The notes under the pieces were generated by a model. It made no database searches. It had not been told where the DNA came from and saw only the letters and a program-made list of their open reading frames with translations. A stretch of 30,713 nucleotides of DNA from IMG/VR virus record IMGVR_UViG_3300043394_000476, positions 1 through 30,713 of that record, one strand, 5' to 3'. Each line of letters starts with the position of its first letter. The first letter of the stretch is position 1. Shown here piece after piece: positions 17,108 to 27,349 of this stretch. The position numbers were made by a program, and so were the translations under genes. The stretch comes from a virus (taxonomy: Duplodnaviria; Caudoviricetes).

Positions 17108-18010
17108 ATGCCAGCAAATTTTGCAGACGTTTGGGTAAATAGAGTTATCCAAAATCTAACTACACAAAATGTAGCGCCTTGGCTTGACGGTATCCCTGAG
17201 TTGGATACACAAGTAGCCGAAATGGGTTCAGGAGAGGCAAGTGAATTGAACGTAATTCACATCCCTAGAACCAATTTCAATCCTAACGTGTTATTGAATA
17301 ACACGACTTACCCAATTGCCTTACAGGCTTATACTGATGACGAAGTAGTTGTTTCTTTGGATAAATTCCAAACAGAGGTTACAACTTTATCTGACGATAA
17401 AATCATTGGGGCTTCTTATAACGTAATTGATCCTGCTACTAACGGACACGTTAGAGCAATCAATACAAAGAAGTTCAAAAAAGCAATTCACGCTTTAGCT
17501 CCAGCTTCTCATACGGCTTCTACACCAGTATTAGTGGCAACTGGCACAGCGGTTAACGGAGTTCCTACGTTGCAATACGATGACTTGGTGGCATTGAAAG
17601 ATGCTTTAGATCAATACGAAGTAGCACCAGAGGGAAGACGTTTAGTATTGTGTACTCGTCACTGGAACGACTTGTTGAGAGATCGCAAGAACTTTGGCGA
17701 TAAATTGGTTAACTACAACACAGGAATGCCTGCGCCAGTTATTGCAGGATTTGAGTTGTTCCAATACAACGGGAATCCATTATTCACAAATGCTGGAGTT
17801 AAGAAAGCATTTGGAGCTGTAAAAACAGCCACAGACCGTGAGGCTTCTGTTTTCTTCTGGACAGGTGGAGTTGCCAAAAAAACGGGTATGACTAAGCAGT
17901 ATTTTACGCCTGCAGCTTCTAATCCTAGAACTCAGTCTAATGAATTGAACTACCGCCACTACTTTATTGTAGTGCCTTTTGAGGCAAAGGCTGTAGGAGC
18001 AATCTACTAG
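17108..18010 (+). CDS. major capsid protein
   Basis: 300 aa after protease; LVALKDALD...PEGRRLVL HK97-fold pattern; terminator follows. Confidence 0.85.
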   Translation: MPANFADVWVNRVIQNLTTQNVAPWLDGIPELDTQVAEMGSGEASELNVIHIPRTNFNPNVLLNNTTYPIALQAYTDDEVVVSLDKFQTEVTTLSDDKIIGASYNVIDPATNGHVRAINTKKFKKAIHALAPASHTASTPVLVATGTAVNGVPTLQYDDLVALKDALDQYEVAPEGRRLVLCTRHWNDLLRDRKNFGDKLVNYNTGMPAPVIAGFELFQYNGNPLFTNAGVKKAFGAVKTATDREASVFFWTGGVAKKTGMTKQYFTPAASNPRTQSNELNYRHYFIVVPFEAKAVGAIY

Positions 18011-18019
18011 AATAAAACC

Positions 18020-18053
18020 AATCAACAGGCTTTTCTTAAGGCCTGTTGATTTT
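18020..18053 (+). terminator. hairpin/terminator after capsid gene
   Basis: AATCAACAGGC-TTTTCTTAAG-GCCTGTTGATT. Confidence 0.75.
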
Positions 18054-18065
18054 ATAAAAACAACA

Positions 18066-18527
18066 ATGGACAAAATTACAGCATCACGCATTGCGGCACT
18101 TCACCCTACAGTTAGAGAGGAAGTTACAAACATTGTGAATGAAATTAATGCAAGTCTAAAAGGCCGGGCTCAATTTAGAATAACGCAAGGACTAAGAACC
18201 TTTGCCGAACAAGATGCCCTTTATTCCAAACGCCCAAAAGTAACCAATGCCAAAGGTGGACAAAGTATACACAACTACGGCTTTGCTGTGGATGGTGTTT
18301 TGATTGTTGACGGTAAAGTTGCCTCGTGGGATTTTAAGAAGGACTTTGATGCTGACGGAGTAGCTGACTGGGACGAATGCGTAAAAGTATTCGCTAAATA
18401 CGGTTGGAGCTGGGGAGGCAACTGGAGCAAGTTTAAAGACTTTCCTCACTTTGACAAAATTGGTTATAACAACTGGAGAGTTTTGGCAAACAAAAAAAGA
18501 GATAAAAAAAATTACATCATTATTTAA
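18066..18527 (+). CDS. endolysin, M15 (L-Ala-D-Glu peptidase-like)
   Basis: RTFAEQDALY, SIHNYGFAVD, WGGNW..FKDFPHF. Confidence 0.92.
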   Translation: MDKITASRIAALHPTVREEVTNIVNEINASLKGRAQFRITQGLRTFAEQDALYSKRPKVTNAKGGQSIHNYGFAVDGVLIVDGKVASWDFKKDFDADGVADWDECVKVFAKYGWSWGGNWSKFKDFPHFDKIGYNNWRVLANKKRDKKNYIII

Positions 18528-18544
18528 AAGGTATTTAAAACTAT

Positions 18545-19021
18545 ATGAAATCACTAAAGCACATTGCCTTGTTGTTTTTTTCTTTGATAGTCTTGGCTTC
18601 TTGTGGAAGCTCGAAGCCCGCTATCATTGAAACTAAAATAAGCAACAGCGTAATTACCAAAACGGTTCACGATACGGTAGTAAAAATTGAAATAGATAGC
18701 AGTTCTTATAAGGCATTATTAGACTGCCAAAACGGCAAAGTCATTATAAAACAAGTTACCCAAACCGAACCAGGGCGTATTTTAAAAAGCCCAAAGGTTC
18801 GGTTAGAGGGTAGCACTTTAATAGTAGACTGCGAAGCCAAAGCACAAGAGGCAGTACTCCACTATATTAATACGCATCAAGTGGACACCACCACGCATAC
18901 TATACCCGTAAAAGTTAATGAGCTAACAAGTTGGCAAGAAATTCAAATATTGGGATTCAGGATATTTTCTTTGATCCTGTTAGTATTCGCAATTTTTATT
19001 TACATAAAATCTAAAGTATAA
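18545..19021 (+). CDS. unimolecular spanin candidate
   Basis: Lipobox LAS-C plus C-terminal TM helix with basic tail; follows endolysin. Confidence 0.75.
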   Translation: MKSLKHIALLFFSLIVLASCGSSKPAIIETKISNSVITKTVHDTVVKIEIDSSSYKALLDCQNGKVIIKQVTQTEPGRILKSPKVRLEGSTLIVDCEAKAQEAVLHYINTHQVDTTTHTIPVKVNELTSWQEIQILGFRIFSLILLVFAIFIYIKSKV

Positions 19022-19024
19022 AAT

Positions 19025-19357
19025 ATGAACATTTTTGAAAACCACCCGAATTTAGAGAAGTGCTTTAGCACCTCTGATGGCGAACATTTTTACAACGAAA
19101 ATGACGCAAAAAACCACGCAAAATCTTTAGAAGACAAAGTTGTGGAACCAGTGTACAATCCTACATTTTTAGGAGACGCAAGTTCAACCGAGGAATCTGA
19201 AAAAATGGCTCAGGAACTTGAGGAAACGGAGTTAGTAAAAGAAAACTACAAACAGTTGAAGGTATTAGTGAAATACTTTGAAATAGAGACAGCCGACCAA
19301 AAAGCAGAGACGCTTATTAAGGCTTTAGAGGAGTACAAATCTAAAATTAAAGAGTAA
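19025..19357 (+). CDS. hypothetical virion-associated protein, C-terminal helix-extension-helix-like
   Basis: YKQLKVLVKYFEIETADQKAETLIKAL. Confidence 0.55.
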   Translation: MNIFENHPNLEKCFSTSDGEHFYNENDAKNHAKSLEDKVVEPVYNPTFLGDASSTEESEKMAQELEETELVKENYKQLKVLVKYFEIETADQKAETLIKALEEYKSKIKE

Positions 19358-20550
19358 TGAATATACCAGGTGTACAAATTGGTTTTGAAAACGGTAACCT
19401 TGGGGTTGTTGCTACCAATCCAGACGGAGTATGTTGTATTGTTGCAAGTGCAACTGCCAACGGTACCTTTACTTTAAACAAAGTATTTACGGTATACAGC
19501 CTAGCCGAGGCTGAGGCATTGGGGATCATTTCTACAATTGCTAACTACGAGCTTCACAAAACAATTAAAGAGTTTTATGCTGAGGCGGGCGACGGAACAG
19601 AACTTTGGATTTATGGTGTGGCTAAAACACGCACATTAGATCAACTAGTTGCTGACTCAGAGGCAGCATTAATTGCGTCTAACAGACGTATACGATTTGT
19701 GCTATTAAAATATGCACCGTCAGTGGCGGAAACAACTATTATCGCTGGGCTTCGTACTGGATTCCCAGCTACGTTAGCAGCTGCTCAAACTATTGCTGAG
19801 GATTTTACCATTAATAAAATACACCCAGTTGTATTCATTATCGAGGGTTACAACTATACAGGAGTAGCACAAGACTTAGTAGGTTTTGAGGCCACTAACT
19901 ATAACCGTGTGGCGGTTCTTATTGGCGATACTGAAAAAAGAACCGGAACAACTGCTTCAAAAGGAGCAGCGGTTGGAGTTGTTGGAGGTAGGCTAGCCAA
20001 AAACCAAGTTCATGTGAATGTGGGACGTGTGAAAGATGGGGCTTTAAAACCTCTTGAATTTTACATTTTGGACACTCCTGCAGAGCAGATCAATATTCAG
20101 GCACTATACACTAAAGGCTTTATTACCATTCGTACACACGTGGGTAAATCGGGCTACTATTTTGTAGACGACCATTTGGCCTGTACTGTTGAAGACGACT
20201 ATCATTATATGACTCGACGTCGTGTAATTGACAAGGCTTATGTTTTGGCAAACTCAACTTTGACAAATTATATCCTTGACGATTTAAATTTAGTTGAGGG
20301 TGGTAAATTATCACCAATTGATGCTAGAGCAATCGAGGCGGAAATTGAAAAAGTAATTGCACAAGAAATGAGCGCCAACGGTGAGCTTTCTGTTGACGTA
20401 ACTGTGGCAAATGACACAGGTGTAAAAGTAATTGTAGACACTACTAATAACGTAGCATCCACAGGAATTATTAAGGGAAAAGTGAGCGTAAAACCAAAAG
20501 GTTACGGAAGATACCTAGAGTTCACTATTGGTTATAATATTAATTCTTAA
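19357..20550 (+). CDS. tail sheath protein (DUF2586-like)
   Basis: EFYAEAG, GRVKDG, KGFITIRTHVGKSGYYF.DD, RRVIDKA. Confidence 0.88.
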   Translation: MNIPGVQIGFENGNLGVVATNPDGVCCIVASATANGTFTLNKVFTVYSLAEAEALGIISTIANYELHKTIKEFYAEAGDGTELWIYGVAKTRTLDQLVADSEAALIASNRRIRFVLLKYAPSVAETTIIAGLRTGFPATLAAAQTIAEDFTINKIHPVVFIIEGYNYTGVAQDLVGFEATNYNRVAVLIGDTEKRTGTTASKGAAVGVVGGRLAKNQVHVNVGRVKDGALKPLEFYILDTPAEQINIQALYTKGFITIRTHVGKSGYYFVDDHLACTVEDDYHYMTRRRVIDKAYVLANSTLTNYILDDLNLVEGGKLSPIDARAIEAEIEKVIAQEMSANGELSVDVTVANDTGVKVIVDTTNNVASTGIIKGKVSVKPKGYGRYLEFTIGYNINS

Positions 20551-20559
20551 TTATAAGAT

Positions 20560-20970
20560 ATGTTTAATTCAAGAGAATACGAATGGGCTGATATTACAAT
20601 AATTGCTGGCGGAACAGATATTACTGGAATACGTGCAATTAAAGCTAAACAAAAGCAGGAGCTAGAAGAGGTATACGGTAAAGGGAGAGAGCCTAAATCA
20701 ATTCAAACCGGGAATCGATCCTATGAGGGCGAGGTTGAAATGTTACAGTCTGATTTCAACGCAATTGAAGATGCTGCTGGTGGGAATGTTTTGAACGTTA
20801 ACATAGACATTTTAGTGTGTTATGGTAATCCAGCTAACGGGGATGTAATTCGAACAAAGAAAATATCTGGAGTTCGATTCAGTGAAACTGAAAACGCCGC
20901 CAAACAAGGCGATAAATTTATGCCTGTTACTTTGCCGTTTAAGGCAATAGGAATGAAAAACGTCATATAA
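20560..20970 (+). CDS. tail tube protein
   Basis: FNSREYEWAD, YGKGREP..IQTGNRSYEG; after sheath. Confidence 0.85.
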   Translation: MFNSREYEWADITIIAGGTDITGIRAIKAKQKQELEEVYGKGREPKSIQTGNRSYEGEVEMLQSDFNAIEDAAGGNVLNVNIDILVCYGNPANGDVIRTKKISGVRFSETENAAKQGDKFMPVTLPFKAIGMKNVI

Positions 20971-20976
20971 TAATCT

Positions 20977-21010
20977 AATAATCCCGAGAATTTACTCTCG
21001 GGATTATTTT
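20977..21010 (+). terminator. hairpin/terminator after tube gene
   Basis: AATAATCCCGAGA-ATTTAC-TCTCGGGATTATTTT. Confidence 0.8.
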
Positions 21011-21024
21011 AAATAAACAACAAA

Positions 21025-21342
21025 ATGCAAAACAACCAAGAGAACACAAGCAGCAAAATAGCCACACCAGAACAAATTGCGGAGTGGAAAGCACAACACG
21101 GGGAATTCTTTCATATTACCATTGAAGACAAAATTTGTTACCTAAAAAAACCCGATCGTAAAACATTAAGTTTTGCATCACAAGTTGGGGCTGACCCAAT
21201 GAAGTTTAACGAAGTAATTCTAAAAAACTGTTGGTTGGGTGGTGACGAAGAAATAATTACTGATGATAGCCTTTTTCTAGCCGTATCTTCTAAACTTGAC
21301 CAAGTTGTCGAGTTTAAAAAAGCAGAGCTGGTAAAGTACTAG
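21025..21342 (+). CDS. tail assembly chaperone (G equivalent)
   Basis: Between tube and tape measure; CYLKKP.R, NCWLGGDEEI. Confidence 0.8.
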   Translation: MQNNQENTSSKIATPEQIAEWKAQHGEFFHITIEDKICYLKKPDRKTLSFASQVGADPMKFNEVILKNCWLGGDEEIITDDSLFLAVSSKLDQVVEFKKAELVKY

Positions 21343-21506
21343 AGTCATCAGAAGTTGACGAAGACGACTGGCTTCGTATTACGAACGCCCAATTGCGCTA
21401 TTATTTTCATATAGCCAATCCTGATGACTTATCAGATGAAGACTGGGCATACCGATACAATGAACTAAAATACATTAGAACTAAAGAAAATACAACACAG
21501 GAATGA
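21330..21506 (+). CDS. tail assembly chaperone GT extension (-1 frameshift frame)
   Basis: ATG-less -1 frame VLESSEVDEDDWLRITNAQLRYYFHIANPDDLSDEDWAYRYNELKYIRTKENTTQE*; G_GTA_AAG slip site. Confidence 0.75.
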   Translation, partial: GKVLESSEVDEDDWLRITNAQLRYYFHIANPDDLSDEDWAYRYNELKYIRTKENTTQE

Positions 21507-23497
21507 GCAACACGCTAAGTTATATTATACAGATTAATAGCAACTTTGATAAGGTTAGCACTTCCTTTTCTAAATTTCAGACGGGTGTATTTGCGGGCGT
21601 TGATAAAATTAATAAGCAGTTAGGGTCTATTCGAATGAACTCTATCATTCAAAATATTAGTGCTGCCGCAGACGGAATTACGGCAATGAATGATCCAGGG
21701 ATCAAATTGAGTTCTAGCCTTGCTGACCTTTCGGCAATTACGGGACAAACAGGTGATAAGCTTAAAGAAATTGAAGGCTATGCCAGACAGAATGCAAAGA
21801 CATTTGGTGTTGATGCAGCCGAGGGTGTTGAGGCATACAAGCTAATCCTATCACAATTGACCCCCGAGATTGCTAAACAGCCTAAAGCCTTACAGGCAAT
21901 GGGCGACTCGGTTTCTACCCTATCGAAAACAATGGGTGGTGATACGGTGGCAGCTACTGAGGTTTTGACAACAGCAATGAATCAGTACCAGGTATCAATG
22001 ACCGACCCAATTAGAGCCTCCAAAGATATGTCGTCTATGATGAATATTATGGCGGCATCTGCAAAAGAGGGATCGGCAGAACTACCACAAATTAAATCAG
22101 CATTAGAACAATCAGGACTAGCGGCCAAAACGGCAAACGTAAGTTTTGCCGAAACGAATGCAGCAATCCAAGTCCTAGATAAAAGTGGTAAAAAAGGAGC
22201 TGAGGGCGGTGTAGCATTGCGTAACGTATTAGCGACATTATCTGAAGGTAGATTTTTGCCGAAAGACGTTAAAAAAGAGCTAACAAGTGCGGGTATTGAT
22301 ATTAATGCCCTTGGCGATAGATCTAAAACTTTAAAAGAACGTTTAGAGCCACTTAAAAAAATAATGGGTGACCAAGCTCTTGTAACTAAGCTTTTTGGTA
22401 AAGAGAATAATGCCGCGGCAATTTCATTAATCAGTGGAACTGAAGAAATGGGTCGATTGACTGGCGCAGTTCAAAATACTAAAACGGCATACGAACAGGC
22501 GGCTATCATTATGGAAAGCCCTATTGAAAAAAATAAACAGTTACAAAAACAGTTAGACGACTTTAAAATAAGTCTGTTTAATAGTACGGGTGGTATGTTA
22601 GGTTATGCCAACGTACTTGGAAACACGGCAAGAGATTTTGGAAATTTAATGCCCATTTTTTCGGGAGCTGGCAAAGTATTTTCTACGCTAACCTCCGCGA
22701 CAAAATTGCAGGCATTGTGGACTAGTATTACATCAGGTGCTACAGCCGTATGGACGGGAGTTCAAACAGCATTCAATGCGGTAATGGCAATGAACCCAGT
22801 AGTATTAGTTGTTATGGCTGTAGTGGCTTTAGCTGCGGCAATTGTTTGGGTAGTTTCAAAAACAGAAGGCTGGGGAAAAGCTTGGAAGCATACCATAAAT
22901 GGTGCAAAGCTTTTGTTTGCCGCTTATGTTGATACAGTTAAAGCTAACTGGAACACTGTTGTAAACGGCTTTATGATTGGAATTAATAAAATCCAAATTG
23001 CCTGGTATAAGTTTAAAAATGCGGTGGGTATGGGCGATAAAACTGCCAACACTGCTGAAATCAATAAGCTTAATGCTGAAGTGGAGGCGCGAAAGGAATC
23101 CATTAAAGCGGGATATAAAAAGGCGGCTTCTTCAGCTGTTGGGGCGGGCAACGAATTTGCCGCTGCTTATGATGCCGTTAAATGGAAAAAAGACGGTAAG
23201 ACCGCTAATTCGGATACTAAAATATCGGATCCAACGCTACCAGGAACAGACTTTGGAAAAGGTAACGGAGCAGGATCTGGCACGGGTGGAAAAGGTGGTA
23301 ATGGTATGAAAAAAGCGAATGAGGCGGTTGCCACAGGCGGTACAAAACACAACTACATTACTATCAATCTTAAAGAATTAATAGGCATCAAAGCCGAGAA
23401 TATTATGGGTGGAAAAGATGCAAGTAATAAAGCAGGAAGTCAGGTAGCCGATGAGCTACTTAGAGTACTGGCAATGGCAACAACAGCAACAGGATAA
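21503..23497 (+). CDS. tail tape measure protein
   Basis: Ala/Gly-rich helical, GAEGGVALRN, AMNPVVLVV motif. Confidence 0.92.
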   Translation: MSNTLSYIIQINSNFDKVSTSFSKFQTGVFAGVDKINKQLGSIRMNSIIQNISAAADGITAMNDPGIKLSSSLADLSAITGQTGDKLKEIEGYARQNAKTFGVDAAEGVEAYKLILSQLTPEIAKQPKALQAMGDSVSTLSKTMGGDTVAATEVLTTAMNQYQVSMTDPIRASKDMSSMMNIMAASAKEGSAELPQIKSALEQSGLAAKTANVSFAETNAAIQVLDKSGKKGAEGGVALRNVLATLSEGRFLPKDVKKELTSAGIDINALGDRSKTLKERLEPLKKIMGDQALVTKLFGKENNAAAISLISGTEEMGRLTGAVQNTKTAYEQAAIIMESPIEKNKQLQKQLDDFKISLFNSTGGMLGYANVLGNTARDFGNLMPIFSGAGKVFSTLTSATKLQALWTSITSGATAVWTGVQTAFNAVMAMNPVVLVVMAVVALAAAIVWVVSKTEGWGKAWKHTINGAKLLFAAYVDTVKANWNTVVNGFMIGINKIQIAWYKFKNAVGMGDKTANTAEINKLNAEVEARKESIKAGYKKAASSAVGAGNEFAAAYDAVKWKKDGKTANSDTKISDPTLPGTDFGKGNGAGSGTGGKGGNGMKKANEAVATGGTKHNYITINLKELIGIKAENIMGGKDASNKAGSQVADELLRVLAMATTATG

Positions 23498-23498
23498 A

Positions 23499-24176
23499 AT
23501 GGAACTATCTAATAAAGACATCATTTTTGCAAGCCTTATGGGTAGCAACGCTGTGGGAACAGTAAAACGAATGTCGCTCGTTCAAAACGAGCTACAAAAA
23601 CACGTACTGTTTAAAATTCCATTTTTACCATTTGTTAATACGGAAAGTCAACTGGATAGTTCAGGTATTAAACCAGAGTTTTCGTTTAATATGGCTGAAG
23701 CTCCAACTCCAAAGGATCAACAATATTTTCCTTTATCATTCAGCTTTAAAGACAAAGGAGTTTCGTGGTTATTCCCTTTTGAGCCAATGATTAATATTAG
23801 CTCGGGCAACAATATTATCAAACGAAATGTTGCCAAACAGGGTGATACATTAATAGGAACTATAAAGGAGCGCTGGAGCAGAAAAGATTTTGAAATTACG
23901 GTTACGGGTTTTTTAATGGGTAGCATTCAAACAGGAAGGGTTGAAGATTGTTTTCCAAAAGAGCAAATGCAACAACTTTTTGACTACCTAAAATATAGTA
24001 AAGAGTTCTATGTTTATTGCGAGCCATTACAAATTTTAGGCATTAATAAAGTGGTTGTGGAAGACTACAGCTTTCCTTTTACAAAGGGTGAAAATGTACA
24101 AGCCTACGAGCTTAAGCTGGTAAGTGATCATAGTTATGAATTATTAGTTAAAGAAAAAGGGCTGACGAATGTATGA
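23499..24176 (+). CDS. tail tube initiator-like protein (DUF6046-like)
   Basis: GTIKERWS..DFEITVTG, YELKLVSD; after tape measure. Confidence 0.7.
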   Translation: MELSNKDIIFASLMGSNAVGTVKRMSLVQNELQKHVLFKIPFLPFVNTESQLDSSGIKPEFSFNMAEAPTPKDQQYFPLSFSFKDKGVSWLFPFEPMINISSGNNIIKRNVAKQGDTLIGTIKERWSRKDFEITVTGFLMGSIQTGRVEDCFPKEQMQQLFDYLKYSKEFYVYCEPLQILGINKVVVEDYSFPFTKGENVQAYELKLVSDHSYELLVKEKGLTNV

Positions 24177-25140
24177 TATTAATTGGGCCATAAAATTTAA
24201 AGGCGTGGCTGGTAGCTACCGCTTAAATATGGTATCAAGTATTGATATTGAAAGCTCGGTGGATACGCTTTCGGATACGGCAATTATAACGCTACCCGAG
24301 GCAGTAATGAATCAGGTTCTTAAAATACAGGACAAGGTTAACAGGGGAACTGAGGTAATAATTGAGGCGGGGTATGATGGCGAGCTAAAAACAGAATTTG
24401 TGGGCTACGTTCAAGACGTTACCACAAATGATAGTTCTTTGAAAATTATGTGTGAGGACGCTCTTTTCTTATTTAGAAAGGGTATAAAAGATGTGGAGCT
24501 GAAGCCTACTTCTTTGAAAAAAATAGCACAGCTTATTGTTAACCAAATTGACGCGAGCTATTCAGTTAAATGTGACTATGATATTGCATACGAAAAGTTT
24601 GTAATTCATCAGTCAACCGGTTACGACGTTTTGAAAAAATTAGCTGAGGAAACAAAGGCAAATATTTATTTCAATACCAATAAAAAAGAGTTACACATCC
24701 ACGCTCCCTATGTGGAGAAAGGAGGCAATGTAATCTATTCCATGCAGCAGAATATTGAAAAAGGATCATTGGAATATAAAAAGGCAGTTGATCGTAAAGT
24801 AGAGGTCACTGTCGAGAGTACCAACGTAAAAGGTAAAGTTGAAAAATTTACTGCAGGCAATACTGGTGGCGACACCGTTACCCTAAAGGTAGGTTCTATA
24901 GCCAAAGCAGATATGCAAAGGATAGCAAACGCCGAACTTTTGCGCAGGAGTGCCGATATGTATGAGGGAAGTATTGACACTTGGCTAGTTCCAGTTGTAC
25001 AACCCTCCTACTCGGCGAAAATAATGGATAGTGACTATCCAGATAAAGATGGAAATTATTATGTAGTTGGGGTAACCACTGCAATTAATGAAAGCGGTGC
25101 AAAACGCACCGTAAAATTAGGAATCAAATTAAGTGTATAA
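24169..25140 (+). CDS. baseplate hub (gpD / Mu gp44-like)
   Basis: LSDTAIITLP, AGYDG...EFVGYV, CED, GNYYV..V. Confidence 0.8.
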   Translation: MYDINWAIKFKGVAGSYRLNMVSSIDIESSVDTLSDTAIITLPEAVMNQVLKIQDKVNRGTEVIIEAGYDGELKTEFVGYVQDVTTNDSSLKIMCEDALFLFRKGIKDVELKPTSLKKIAQLIVNQIDASYSVKCDYDIAYEKFVIHQSTGYDVLKKLAEETKANIYFNTNKKELHIHAPYVEKGGNVIYSMQQNIEKGSLEYKKAVDRKVEVTVESTNVKGKVEKFTAGNTGGDTVTLKVGSIAKADMQRIANAELLRRSADMYEGSIDTWLVPVVQPSYSAKIMDSDYPDKDGNYYVVGVTTAINESGAKRTVKLGIKLSV

Positions 25141-25650
25141 ATGGATACTGCAGCCGAAATAAAAAAAGCATTAGTTGAGGCTTTGGGGGTAAATCCCAAC
25201 CTACCCATAACTGCTACGGTGGTATCTATTGAAGGAGACACTTGCACGGTTAAATTACTGAGCGAGTTGGTACTTTCGGATGTTCGGCTGACTGCCACAA
25301 GCGATGAAGCCGAGGACTACTTTAGAGTAATTCCAAAGGAAGATAGCGAAGTAATCCTTATGAGTCAAACGGGTACGCTTAGCGGCTTATTTGTCGTAAA
25401 GGTAAACCAGGTGAAGTCTATTGACTATAAGCAAAATGGTTTAGAATTTAGCTTGGACAGCACAGACAAAAAGATTTTACTCAAAAATGATAGCACAAGT
25501 TTATATGAAATTATGAGCGAGCTGGTGGCTTTGCTCAAAGGCTTAAAAGTTTTTACACCTGCAGGAGTTAGTGGAATCCCAATACCCGATACGATTGCTA
25601 AAATCACCCAGGTGGAAACAAAGTTTAAAAGCATTTTAAAAGAGAATTAA
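25141..25650 (+). CDS. baseplate spike-like protein
   Basis: OB-fold-like ATVVSI...CTV, DVRL, PKEDSEV; synteny. Confidence 0.65.
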   Translation: MDTAAEIKKALVEALGVNPNLPITATVVSIEGDTCTVKLLSELVLSDVRLTATSDEAEDYFRVIPKEDSEVILMSQTGTLSGLFVVKVNQVKSIDYKQNGLEFSLDSTDKKILLKNDSTSLYEIMSELVALLKGLKVFTPAGVSGIPIPDTIAKITQVETKFKSILKEN

Positions 25651-25860
25651 ATGGCACTGAATAAAGAAGTTTTGAAAAGTAGAATAGCGGAAATTATGAC
25701 CGATATGATGGAACGTGAAGATACCTCTATTGATGAATTTGCAACGCGCCTTAGTAGTGCAATTGATGTTTATGTTAAACAGGCTACTGTAGTTTACACG
25801 GGCGGTTTAATTGCACCCAATGGAGCGGTAACGGGAACGTTTAACGGGAACTTACAATAA
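25651..25860 (+). CDS. small baseplate-region protein
   Basis: Abutting ORF. Confidence 0.6.
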   Translation: MALNKEVLKSRIAEIMTDMMEREDTSIDEFATRLSSAIDVYVKQATVVYTGGLIAPNGAVTGTFNGNLQ

Positions 25861-26198
25861 TGAAAACAAAAGGAATACAACTAGCGGATAATACCAATAC
25901 CCTTAACGGTGCCGATCTTAGAATACAAGTGACGCGTGGTGCAAGTGGGCTTATTGAACGGGGAATTATGGTGGGCGATACAATGAATCAAAACCAAGCC
26001 TTATTGCTAATTGCTAATTCTGGCGAATTTAAAAGTAACCCTACTATTGGAGTGGCCATTGATGAGCTGTTATTGGATAACGATTTTTTACGATTTAGGC
26101 ATCGAATTAGAGAGCATTTTGCAAAGGATGGTTTAACGGTGAGAAATGTGCAGCTAGAGAACGGAAAACCTTTATTAATAGACGCAAGTTATGGATAG
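25860..26198 (+). CDS. baseplate wedge/sheath initiator (gp25-like)
   Basis: GEFKSNPTIGV motif. Confidence 0.65.
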   Translation: MKTKGIQLADNTNTLNGADLRIQVTRGASGLIERGIMVGDTMNQNQALLLIANSGEFKSNPTIGVAIDELLLDNDFLRFRHRIREHFAKDGLTVRNVQLENGKPLLIDASYG

Positions 26199-26478
26199 TT
26201 TAATTTACCAAGGGCAATCCTTTTTAGATAAGGTGATTGAACAAACGGGTGATATTGAGAACGCTTTTGAAATGGCGCTATTGAATAACGCAAGTATTAC
26301 GGACGATCTTGTTGTGGGAGCTTATGTAAAGGTTAGCACGGTTACCAAAAAATCAGTAGTTGATTTTTATAATGAGTATAACAGACCCGCAACGGCTCTT
26401 ACCAATGAGCAACAGCAGGAAGTACAAAGTTTAGGAATAGGCAGTATGATTATTGAACAAAATTTTAGAGTAGCATAA
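26191..26478 (+). CDS. LysM-like (gpX-like) baseplate protein
   Basis: GQSFLD..IEQTG.IE.AFE.A.LN..SITDDL. Confidence 0.65.
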   Translation: MDSLIYQGQSFLDKVIEQTGDIENAFEMALLNNASITDDLVVGAYVKVSTVTKKSVVDFYNEYNRPATALTNEQQQEVQSLGIGSMIIEQNFRVA

Positions 26479-26479
26479 A

Positions 26480-27349
26480 ATGGCAAGAAAATTAGCAGAA
26501 ATTAAAGGGGAATTGACTAGCTCATTTATGAGTAGTTCGGTAATTCAAGATGTATATGTTTTGGGGCAAAATGCCGTTTTTGAGGAGCAATTTTCAAAGG
26601 TGTCTCTTGAGAATATTCTTTTTGATGTAATTGCCTTTTCCATTTTTATATTAGAAAAACATTTCGACACCCATAAGGCGGAACTCTCTACGGCATTGGC
26701 ACAACAAAAAAGTGGCACGTTGTCCTGGTACAGAACTATGGCCTTGGCGTTTCAGTATGGGTTTGATTTGTTGACGGATAGCGATATGTTTGATAACACA
26801 ACCGCCACCGAAGAGCAGATTTTAAATTCTAAAATAGTAAAATATGCGGCAGTGGTTGAAGGCTCAGGAGATAGCCGTGTGATTATAAAAATAGCTGGCG
26901 AAACTTCGGGCGTTTTAGCTCCCATAACGGTTCCCCAAAGCGAAGCCTTTCAGGCATACATTGAAGAGATACGTTTTGCAGGAGTAAAGACTACTGTAAT
27001 CAATTACACTCCGGATAAGTTGTATTTGACGTTAAAAATATACCGTGATCCTTTATTGATTGATGCCAACGGAGGCTCCATTTTAAATGGTGGGAAACCT
27101 GTAGAAACAGCAATTAAGGAGTATATGAAAGAACTGCCTTTTAATGGGGAGTTAGTGCTGGCACATTTGGTTGACAAACTCCAACAGGTAGAAGGAGTTT
27201 TAATTCCGCATATAGTGAGTGCACAATCGAGTTGGATTGATGCTACCACTAATGGATATGGAGCCGCACAACCCATCAATGTAAAAACCATTCCCGTGAG
27301 TGGGTATTTTGAGGTAGTTGACTTCAACTCGATTGAATATGTGGTATAA
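26480..27349 (+). CDS. baseplate wedge protein (J-like)
   Basis: GTLSWYR..AL.FQYG, IRFAGV; synteny. Confidence 0.7.
   Translation: MARKLAEIKGELTSSFMSSSVIQDVYVLGQNAVFEEQFSKVSLENILFDVIAFSIFILEKHFDTHKAELSTALAQQKSGTLSWYRTMALAFQYGFDLLTDSDMFDNTTATEEQILNSKIVKYAAVVEGSGDSRVIIKIAGETSGVLAPITVPQSEAFQAYIEEIRFAGVKTTVINYTPDKLYLTLKIYRDPLLIDANGGSILNGGKPVETAIKEYMKELPFNGELVLAHLVDKLQQVEGVLIPHIVSAQSSWIDATTNGYGAAQPINVKTIPVSGYFEVVDFNSIEYVV

Noticed and set aside
18008-18049. Amber readthrough of the capsid TAG by the CUA tRNA-like RNA
   Set aside because: Readthrough adds only ~13 residues inside a terminator hairpin; long ORFs are not broken by TAG, so no sign of genome-wide recoding.
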